The notes below the pieces were generated by a model. That model did not search any database. It worked only from the letters and a program-made list of their open reading frames with translations, and was not told where the DNA came from. Positions 1-9,195 of a stretch of DNA of 17,984 nucleotides are shown piece after piece. Origin of the DNA: Paraspadella gotoi (Eukaryota; Animalia; Chaetognatha); contig JBJCIZ010000414.1 in NCBI GenBank assembly GCA_051294375.1, positions 1-17,984 on the forward strand, written 5' to 3'. The number at the start of each line of letters is the position of its first letter. The first letter of the stretch is position 1. The position numbers and the translations under genes are program-made.

Positions 1-429
1 ATTGTATAAAAGGTCTCAACTTGGACTGTTTTATGTTTTTTCGTCTGTTGGGGGTAGGTTTTTTGTCAAACTTGTAAAGGTAACGGGTTTATTCAAAAGA
101 GGGGCCAGTTTGCAGTCCCAGTATTAAACTTCCGTATTTGATGCATTTTTCGTCGGAAAACCATCTGGATGTAGCATCGCAGAAAGTCCAAACTTAAGAA
201 ATGAAATTGGATTGGCGACTCGAGTAAAATCCGCCGGAATCGAAATGGAACTGGTAGCAGTCATTTTTTATTTTTTTGTTACATTCGTGTCAGAAAAAAA
301 AAATTGTCAAAATAAAAACTTAATATTTAATAATAAATGACATACGAATTAAATAGTTACAGTTTCTTGGATATCTGGGTAATAAAGTAAAATAAAAGTT
401 GAAGAGACAGTAATTATTGTTACATGTTA

Positions 430-590
430 GTAACATCTTATATGTCAGCAGTCCCTGAGCTGCGGATCAGGCTGTAACACCATGTTCAGCGGGTTATGCA
501 CCTCGTCCCTCTTAACTGCTAGGCGGCCACCGGCTAGAACCCCGGACCTTTGGTGGGAGGCGAATGACTTACCTCCGGCACCAATGGCGC
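430..590 (-). mobile_element. tRNA-derived SINE (tRNA-Gly(CCC)-like head)
   Basis: Minus strand from 590 reads GCGCCATTGGTGCCGGAGGTAAGTCATTCGCCTCCCACCAAAGGTCCGGGGTTCTAGCCGG. It has an A-box-like TGGTGCCGGAGG, a Gly-like anticodon arm TCGCCTCCCAC and a B-box-like GGTTCTAGCC, followed by a GC-rich body ending in AT-rich sequence. The cloverleaf is imperfect, the 3' end is approximate and no TSD was seen. Confidence 0.65.
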
Positions 591-1549
591 TGATGAACGG
601 TTGGTGGATTTTAGTCCACCATAAGTAATGTAAAGTAAAGTAATTTTTTAAAAATCTTATGTTTTGGATATAAATGTTGGATGATGACTTTGACGTACGT
701 TGTCGTCACCCGACGGCTTGACCGTAGACGGCGTTTGGCATTGGCTTAGTTTATGAGCGTTTATTGTTGAGCGGAAATGGGTTTGGGCTGACGCTGGCCC
801 AGAGTGGCGTTTAGCAAAGTTTATAAGGCGTCAGATAAAATTGAATGGAACCAACTTGTTTGGTTCTTTATTAAATCATACCTTAATAAAATAATCAAAG
901 CATATAGATAAAAATTAGATATTCCATATGCGTAAATAACAATAATATTAATAAATCAATTAACACATTAACAAATCAGTAAATGAAAGTAGAAACGCCT
1001 TACTTAATTTTTTCTTGAACAACTTGTAAAAGCATTTCCCAACTTTTGGAAACATCATAAAATAACAATATCCATTCAGCTGATCGCTGAAAGTTAAAGA
1101 TGTCTCTTTGTTTGGTAAAGGTAACAAAGATTCAATCCAAATAAATGAATGCATATAAAGTTTAAACTCAGTAAAATTTGAGTTAAACCGTGTAATGAGC
1201 AAATCCTTTCATTTTTCTTGTCATATGATATCAAGATTGAGAGTCGCTTTAAAAAAGACGCAAAAAATTACAGGCAAAATACTATATCATAGCAAACATG
1301 TGACTTTAAAACTTAATTGGTAAGGAGGAGACGCTCAACGAAAAGATCTGACAACACGTAATTGCTTCTATTTTTAGTCGCGTCATGAGTAATCGCGGAA
1401 CAACTTTTGGCAAAAATATTGATCGGTCGTTCCCATAACTCGGGTAATTCTGAGTGCCTGAAGTCGCAGCGCCGCTTGTTCAACCTCTGATTGTGACAAA
1501 TCGTTTTAGCCGGATCTGCTTACAACAGATCTCGGCTCTATAATTCACT

Positions 1550-1790
1550 TTGTCTGTCCGTCGGTCCTACCCCAAAAGCTTTGGGTAAGGTGACTTAAAA
1601 TCATGTCAGAACTTTCGAATTAGAATAAATTATGCCAAAAAAAAACTATGTCCGTCCGTCCGTCCCCCCTTAGCTTTGAATGCCAATTAGTAATGTGTAT
1701 ATGGGGCGATTGACTTGAAATTTTGTATGTGGGTAGGAAAGTGTGTGATTGAACTGGGAAATTTAGGTTTTCGATGGAATCGTCCAGTGG
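1550..1790 (+). mobile_element. Possible non-autonomous Helentron/DINE-1-like fragment
   Basis: (GTCY)n tracts at ~1552-1562 and 1650-1665, hairpin TACCC-CAAAAGCTTT-GGGTA (1568-1587), and GACTTGAAATTTTGTATG (~1712-1729), which recalls DINE/HINE cores. Boundaries unknown. Confidence 0.3.
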
Positions 1791-2074
1791 AATCCATGGA
1801 ATCATTATGTAATCATTACAGGAGAAACAGAAACTCAAATGGAACCGGATCAAAGATCGGGGAGAAATCACCAAAATGGAATTAAGCTCTCGATTGTCGA
1901 GACCAGATGGAAACGGCCAATAGGCGGAATGGGCTTCCATCTGATTTTGTATACTGATTTATTCTGTTCAAAATTGACTCCGTCCTTCTTGTTCTGTTTT
2001 CTACAAATAAATTCCCCCTTGGTTTCATATCAAAATCCCTGTCTACTTATTTAAAATGTGGCGGCAGTGGTGCG

Positions 2075-2087
2075 ATTATTATTATTA

Positions 2088-2147
<60 letters not shown>

Positions 2148-2156
2148 TATTATTAT
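2075..2156. repeat. (ATT)n microsatellite, decaying into ATTATGC units up to ~2188
   Basis: Directly visible tandem ATT. Confidence 0.97.
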
Positions 2157-2895
2157 GCATTATGCAATTATGCAATCATTATGCATAGACGTTCATGCAT
2201 CTCCCCCCATTTGAAAGCCATGTAAGTTAAACTAATAACTAATAACAATAAACAATGTAATTAAACCGCATTGCTTCTTCTCTCAGTAAAAGCTTATAGA
2301 TATTAATTCATAAAACATATCAAGTATATTAGCAAGAAGAACTTATGCGAGCATTCTAACCACTAAGCCATAAGGTCAACATAATAATAACATAAAGATG
2401 CCCCCGTTAGAGTGGTGCATCGCGGATGTGAAATTCAAAATTTCAACCCAGAATCCGTGTGGAGAATACCACGGCCACCTAAAATTATGGTTATAATTAT
2501 AAATTGACCAATGACCATTGGTTTCTTGACTAATGCTACTGATTTAAAAGCAGTAAAGCGGGGGAATCCCTGGGGATTAATCTGCAATTGAACATTTATA
2601 TTGAACTTAATATTACTTAAATTTAAAATCATCACAATTTAGTCAGCGATATTCTTGTTCGGATCGAAGTCGGGGGGTTCCACCAGCTCTGGCACTCCTG
2701 CCACTCAGAACCTCCACCTTGGTCACTCTCCCGACGGCGCGCCGACTTTCCCCGGCGTCGGCGCTCGCGGATTCTCGAGATTCCGGCTGAGGACTCCGGG
2801 CGTGGGGGCGTGGACTGAGGAAGGCTGAGTGGCGGCGCGCCAACGGTTCCACAATCGGCGTTGTTCCACCAAAGCGGCGTCGTTGCCTTTTAGTT

Positions 2896-2897
<2 letters not shown>

Positions 2898-2937
<40 letters not shown>

Positions 2938-2952
2938 AGAAGAGAGAGAAGA

Positions 2953-2984
<32 letters not shown>

Positions 2985-3080
2985 GAGAAGGAGAGAGGAG
3001 AAAAAGAGAGAGAGAAGGGAGAGAGAGAGAGAAAGACGAGAGAGAAAAAGAGAGAGAGTAGAGAGAGAGGGAGAGAGAGA

Positions 3081-3142
<62 letters not shown>

Positions 3143-3159
3143 AGAGAGAGAGAGAAGAG
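2898..3159. repeat. Interrupted (GA)n microsatellite
   Basis: About 260 nt of nearly pure G/A dinucleotide repeat. Confidence 0.97.
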
Positions 3160-3187
3160 TCCGAATCAATCGTCTTCGTCAAAATGT

Positions 3188-3197
3188 TTTTTTATAA
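3188..3197 (-). promoter_or_regulatory. Candidate TATA box of a putative 3' LTR
   Basis: Minus-strand TATAAAAA lies ~30 nt upstream of the (CT)n tract and a GC-rich block (2642-2897), on the same strand as the element. LTR identity is not confirmed. Confidence 0.3.
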
Positions 3198-3658
3198 ATT
3201 TTGTTACCAATGTTTTAATTTCCTCTCATTAGTATGTTAGTACTAATGTTTAGTATAGTATACTCTAACTAAGGTCGGGTAAGTCTGACTGAAATCTAGG
3301 TAAGTAAAGACGGGGAAAATGGTGGGAAAGGAAAAATATAATGTAAGCGGCTAAATCTGGCTGGTAAAAAAAAATGGTAACAGAGCACTGAACGGCGAGA
3401 GGGACGGTGAGAGAGAAAGAGAGGAAAAAGCGTGAATGAAAAACCTAAACCCTGGACTCGAGCCTGGATCTCCGGGAGGAGGGGGAGGAGGATGAGAGAG
3501 AAATGATGAGGAAACGGTGCATGATGGCGAAACCTATCGGTTCTTTCTGTGCCCTTCTTTTTGGCCGAGATGGCGTATCAGGCCCTGAATGGCGTGAGAC
3601 GTCATCGTGGTGGTGCGTGGTGAGTGTACTTAACCGTGCTGAGAGCGTGCATGTCGCC

Positions 3659-3681
3659 GAGAGAGAGAGAGAGAGAGAGAG
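3659..3681. repeat. Short (GA)n microsatellite
   Basis: Directly visible. Confidence 0.9.
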
Positions 3682-4147
3682 GAGGTGGTGGGGGACAATC
3701 AATCGAGGGGGGGGAATAGACAAATACAAATACGAAATCATGGGGAGGGGGAAAAAAAACGACGGAGGAAGAAAAAAAAAAAAAGGGTGGATGTAAAATG
3801 AACAGTGAGGGTTTACGTAAACAAATACAAGGGAGAAATTGTGGATTCAAACGAAATGTATCATGACGAACTCCAAAAAAAATAAATCAGGTACAATAAA
3901 TCACAATTAATACTCAATATAATCGGTGATGATCAGGTGATGATTTGGCAGATGATCAGAGTCAAAGTTTTTAGAAAAATATATGATGATAAGCGAAGAT
4001 GAAGAGAACTAGAAGCGGTGAGTGGTTAGTACGGGTGGGCGTTAACTTTTTTTTTCTTTGTATTTTTTTTGCGAGACGTAGAAACGTTCTCATTTTTTTT
4101 CCTGACGCTACGGATTAAGTCGACGTTGCTTGGGCGCGTCCCGTGCA

Positions 4148-5284
4148 TCACGCACCCATGAGTTCATTCAACGTCGATGATGGGCGAGCGCAAACGACGC
4201 CAGCGTCCAACTTCTCGTGGAGGCTCTTCGATGGCCAGGGCCGCTCTGTGCGGACCCTGCGCTGGCTAATGGACTGCAGGGCTGCCTCCACTTCTTCCAG
4301 TCTGTTGAGTATTGAGTTGAGTGACTCAATGTTATTTCCTACGATTTCTTCTAGGTCACGGGCGTGAGGGGGGAGGGGAGTGAGTGGAAGCTGGGTCTTC
4401 ATAGCATGGTGGGGTTTTGTTGAGCTTTGCTTCCTTTAGATATTTCTCATAATCCACAAGGATTTTAAAAACTGAGAAAAACCAGTGCTAGGCACTTAAT
4501 TGGTGTAATGCCTCGGTACAGGGCTAGGGCTACTATAATGGAAGCAATTGTGGTGTAAGCCGCAAGATATGCGATTGTAAGTTTTGGCCACAAATATCTA
4601 ATTTGTAGGGTCAGGCCATGAAGGGAGTGATCGCTTTCAAATTCTTCCATCTCAATAAGCTTTTGCACTGATTCTGAGTTAAAGAGACCGGTGACGTCAT
4701 CCTCAAAGTCACCAACGAAAAGGCCCCTTGTCATCACACGAAGGTGTGACTCATGAGAGTCCCTATTTCAATTGTTTCTGCCGCTTTCTAATGCGGTCGT
4801 GGTCCCTATTTTGTTTTTTCTTTACAGTCTATCTTGGGGCTCATCGTAATGAGAATGGAAGTTGAATTATCTAGGATATTTTATTTCCCTATTTGGTAGC
4901 ATTACTGGTTGTAGGGAGTGACAATCATTTGTCTCGGTTTATTGGGTCTACCATGTTGCATGGCAACGGATTAACATGGCGGTGTCGCCAACTACAACTG
5001 CCACTAGCCCTCTTTCAGCTTTGCTTCTAGTTCATTAAGGGATACGTGTCCATAGCGGGAAAGCAGGACATAGAGCCAATCTCCTTGCCAAATGGTCTGG
5101 AAGCTATATGATAGTGCTTCAAACTGTTGGTGCTGCGGATACTTTGTCACCAATGTTCTAAGTGGTTGGGAATGTAAGACTGTTGATCTAGGGTCTGAAC
5201 AGTCGAATCCAGTGAGGGCACTGGTGGGGAAGGGAAGGAGAAAAGGGAGCCAGACAAGGAGAAGGGGGGGAGGGCTCGTAACAT
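4148..5284 (-). pseudogene. env: env-like membrane glycoprotein resembling chuvirus G / gB-type class III fusogens; short and frameshifted
   Basis: ATG at 5284 (AAAAATG). Adding one C to the C7 run (5264-5270) gives MLRALPPLLLVWLPFLLPFPTSA|LTGFDCSDP. Later fragments are GLVAVVVGDTAMLIRC (4963-5010), CHSLQPV (4903-4923), ILITMSPKIDC (4824-4856), the hydrophobic ORF 4465-4737, and a tail with PPCY (4401-4412) and heptad-rich ORF 4148-4402. It sits downstream of integrase on the same strand. Confidence 0.72.
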
Positions 5285-7138
5285 TTTTACTTGGTTTCTG
5301 CTTCTGTTTTATTTCTTATTTGTTTATGTTCAGATTTTTTTTTGTTTATTTGTTTGTTTGTTTTTTTTACATTCTGCTTTATTTGCAGCTTTTAATTTTC
5401 AATTCGTTTGTTTCTACACTTTCTTTAACTTTATTTTTGCTATTCTCGGCTAGTATGCAGTTCACGGGAGGAGGGGGGACGGAGGGGGAGGAGGCTTGGG
5501 TGGATTTGTGGGTGGGGGTGAGGGAGGGTGGGGATGGGATGGGACCGTTGGTCAGTGGCTATTTCTTTATTACACTGTCATTGTTTTTTTTATTTCTCGG
5601 AGTTTTTTTGTTTTCTTTTATTTCTTTATTTATTGTATTTATCAGTTGGCTAATGTAGTACAGTCACACAGATTATTAAGAGTACTCCCTAAGGAGAGAG
5701 GAGAGAAATTTATCATCATGCTATACAACATCGTTAAAGCGGCGATGACAAATAGAAACAGTTTATATTCATTCGAATTTGTTTGTTTATTTAGTGTTTT
5801 TTGTTTTGTTTTATATACACAATGTTACTTTGTACACACATGTAGTTTATTTTTATTCGACTTTTACTATCAACTAGTTTTCTATTTTTAATTCTGCGCA
5901 ACCGGAATCTTATTTTTCTCTCTGTGCTGCAGTGAATCCTCTTCCCGATCCATGCTCTTCCTGAACCATATACTTTACTATTGTTTTCGCTCGGCGCTCG
6001 TTCGAAAGACTTTACAATAATTTTTCTTTCTTTTTCTTTTATTTTTACACTGTTGATCTTTGGTCAGGATTTTTGTATTCAGTTTTCTCTTGTTTAGTAC
6101 AGAGGGGGGAAGGGTCGTAGAGGGTGAAGGGTGGGCAATATTCTTTCATCAGCCAATAGATTCTATTCTTAATTAGAATAGTTAAGTAGCAATCTCAGGG
6201 ATAGAATGTTTGGATAGTTTTATATTTTTGTTTTAAAGATAGTTATCTCTAATTATTGTCTCATAGAGATTCTTGCCTATTCACTAATTATCCGTTTCCA
6301 TAGCGATCGACTCTCTCGCGCATCCGAGATCACGGCGGATTCCTCTTCCGAGGTTTTACTCTTATTTTTCTGCTCTTCCTGTCTTTTTTATGACTCAGTA
6401 AGTTTTTGTAGAGTATTTTAATAAATTTATACTTTTCATATTAAGTATTTCGTTTGAATTTGTTTTCAAATAAAATGTTATTACCAGTGTCAAGTACATG
6501 ATAGCCAGTGGATAAAGCTAGCTTCGCGAGAATCATTGAGGTCAAAATGACTATTGAATTCATCAGTCTATTGATTGAATTTTTTTCTGTCTTAAGTTTT
6601 GAACGTTGTACTATAATTATTGAAGCTATGAGCCGACTTATAAAGTAGATAAAGCGACTGAGTATTTTTAACTCTGGGGAAGGCTGGGGTTCTCGCCTAA
6701 TTCGATCGGTTCATAGTGCTTTGAAGACCTTAAAGTAAACATTGGTCCTCGTTTCGTTTTGAGAAAAATAATTCTCATTAGTGTAACAATAATTTGTTAC
6801 TGTAGCGGAGTCCGTCAACACACGGACTGTATGATTATAAATTATTCCAAATAGTTTTTTTTGTGATCACGAAATGGACTTTACAATGATTAAACATTTG
6901 CTTAGTACTAATTTGGGCAGCGTTTCAAGGGCGGGACACTGGCCAGTTGTACGGCCCAAGACTGGAAAGGACGCCGACCGGTGCAAAAAGGTAAAACTAC
7001 GGGCGCCGGAGCAGTACGCGGGCGACTTCCGGTGAAACTGGGCGTTTCCAGGTGGCGAAGTTTCACTCTCAAAGTCGTCGGTAGCCGAAACTCGCACCGC
7101 TCTAGCTAATCAGTCGGCCGATCGATAAAGTTCACATT

Positions 7139-8398
7139 CTAATTGCTATCTGCCTCATTGGCAGAAGGGACCGCCTTCATACAGAGCTTTCTCATCGTCC
7201 GGCGGTGCGCCACTCGACGTGCGGCGCCATCTTCCGGTTGTAATAAGTACTCGTCGCCATTCTTACTGAGGATCGTCGCTTGCTCATACTTTGGGTATAA
7301 TTTATATTGTAAACTTTTAATCTTAGTATTTTTTTCTTTCTCTACAAAAGTTCTCCAAACTAAAACTTTCTCGCCAACTTCAAAGTTGTCTACATTTGTC
7401 AGCACAAGGCTTGGCGTTGTCTCAACATTGCGGGCCAAGCAGACTTTGTGTAAAAGTGCCTCAATTCTGTAACATTTTTCAGCTAAATAATTTTGATCTG
7501 TGCCGTCCGGTGGGTCAGTCTCGGCGGCATGGGTACAGGGCAGGGTTGGTTCTCGCCCATAAAAGAGTTGAAAAGGCGAAACTAATAAGTTATTTTCTAG
7601 TTTGATAGGTGCTAGGTTTAATGCCCTAACCACTGACTGCCATGTTTCTGTCCATGGTTTGCCCGATGGCTGTAGCCTTCTAAATAGCGATATTAAAGAT
7701 GCATGTATTTTCTCAGCAAGATTGGAATTTTTTTGTGACGGACGAAAGAATTTACAAGAGAAACCGAAACTTTTCTGTAAAGTTTCCATGATTGCATTTT
7801 NNNNNNNNNNNNCTAAATCTGACTCCATCACTTTTGGAGTTAAAGCATAGTTGTTTAAAATATTAGCTATAGCCTTTGCAACAGTTTCTGCTGATTTATT
7901 TTTCAGGCTGAGTGCAAAAACATAGCGCGTGCAAATGTCAACTATTATTAGAAGGAACTTCTGATTATTTACTTCCTCTAACTGCAGTAAGTCCGTGTGA
8001 ATGGTATTACCGATCGCCGAGTCGAAAACCTTAACTTTTCTCCCCTTTGTCAACTTTGCTCTCTGTGCCAGTTTACAGTTAAGGCACTGGTGGAAAACCT
8101 TTTCACAGATAGATTTCAAGTTATAGATAAAGTATGTTTTTGCGATTGCGCATTTCATTCGCGACGGGTTCGTGTGCGCGAGTGATTCATGGATCGTGGT
8201 TACTATGCTTTCAGCAATTGATGGGGGCACTACTATTGTACGATATTCTGAGCCATCAGCATTAAGGCCCTTATAGTATAGAGTATCATTAACAATGCAC
8301 AGGTTTTGTTTAACCTCAATCAAGTGATTCAAATATTTAGATCTCACTCTAGTAATATGTTGTTCGGGAACTGTGTCAGATCTCAGCATTTCAATCAC
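7139..8398 (-). CDS. pol: Retrotransposon integrase (C-terminal part of Pol)
   Basis: 419-aa ORF with HHCC zinc domain (HESLAH...CLNC), catalytic core HTDLL / ESD / NSNLAEK, 'SPFQLFYGREP', and a C-terminal GPY/F-like module (FEVGEKVLVW...KLYPKYE...YLL...VAH). One N gap at 7801-7812. Confidence 0.95.
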   Translation of the reverse strand: MIEMLRSDTVPEQHITRVRSKYLNHLIEVKQNLCIVNDTLYYKGLNADGSEYRTIVVPPSIAESIVTTIHESLAHTNPSRMKCAIAKTYFIYNLKSICEKVFHQCLNCKLAQRAKLTKGRKVKVFDSAIGNTIHTDLLQLEEVNNQKFLLIIVDICTRYVFALSLKNKSAETVAKAIANILNNYALTPKVMESDLXXXXXNAIMETLQKSFGFSCKFFRPSQKNSNLAEKIHASLISLFRRLQPSGKPWTETWQSVVRALNLAPIKLENNLLVSPFQLFYGREPTLPCTHAAETDPPDGTDQNYLAEKCYRIEALLHKVCLARNVETTPSLVLTNVDNFEVGEKVLVWRTFVEKEKNTKIKSLQYKLYPKYEQATILSKNGDEYLLQPEDGAARRVAHRRTMRKLCMKAVPSANEADSN

Positions 8399-9195
8399 TG
8401 CTGCTGTCTCAGTACAATTGCTTTGTGCCCTTGGTATTTCACTAATGTCATTAGGGATTGTTTACATTTAATGCTTTCAGGCGAGGTAGCCATGAAGGCC
8501 TCCCTAACGATTATGTCGCCTCTATCAAAGTGGATTGGGTCCCCTGTACGAATCAATTCATATTTACAAAGGTCATCGCGATCATCTTGGATCTTTTATT
8601 TGCACAAAGGCAGCCTAAGTCCTCGTGATCGCCTGTCTGAGGTACATTTATCATTATCGATTCTTTGGCATTACAACTGTCAAAATCCTCGTCGGTATCT
8701 CTATTTCTAACTCGCTCGGTATTGCGCCGTCAAAAGCGCTTCCCCTGGGGGACGGATCAATGGGAACAATATTCTGGGAACCAACATATATTGATTTAGG
8801 ATCTGTTTTATCAGTTTTAGGCAATATTGAGCAAGTTATTGTTTTATCTTTCCCTATAGTTATTGGGGAAATTATATAAGCTTTATCATCAAGCTTTGAA
8901 TTCCAGGAGCAATGTATTATTAGGGCCTAATTGAACTGATGTTATTTTAATGGTTCATTAGGGCTGGTATTGACTATGTCAGCTGTAGGTTGATCATATA
9001 TTATTTCTTTCAGTTGAATTTGATCCTATTGGTTCATTTTTTTCACTTATATCCTGTATTAATCTTTTGGATCTACGTAATTCTGAGGGTAAGTCTTCAG
9101 TATTATTTCTTTTTCTTTTGATTGCTGGTAGCCCTAAAAAGTTTTCATCATCATCTCCTTGTGCTATATAGCACATTTGTTCAGAAGCTCTTGTA

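Noticed and set aside
446-465. Hairpin reminiscent of the twister ribozyme P4 loop
   Set aside because: Could not find the P1/P2 pairing or pseudoknot partners; better explained as SINE body.
523-590. Functional tRNA-Gly gene
   Set aside because: Acceptor, anticodon and T stems pair poorly and the B box is degenerate; treated as a SINE head.
590-640. CTGATGA followed by a GGTGGA/TCCACC hairpin, suggesting a hammerhead ribozyme
   Set aside because: No GAAA core after the stem and no stems I/III.
960-2054. Short ORFs in the left flank
   Set aside because: No motifs, and lengths are compatible with chance.
2195-2208. Possible polypurine tract GGGGGGAGA followed by TG on the minus strand
   Set aside because: Short, leads into a microsatellite, and cannot be validated without a second LTR. 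A rival candidate (AGGAAAAAAAA-TG near 4091-4103) is equally weak.
2643-3197. ORFs rich in LS or ER repeats (179, 148 and 122 aa)
   Set aside because: Artefacts of translating the (GA)n microsatellite.
5092-5891. Hydrophobic + strand ORFs of 188 and 131 aa
   Set aside because: Phe/Leu richness comes from T-rich low-complexity sequence antisense to the A-rich spacer; no recognisable motifs.
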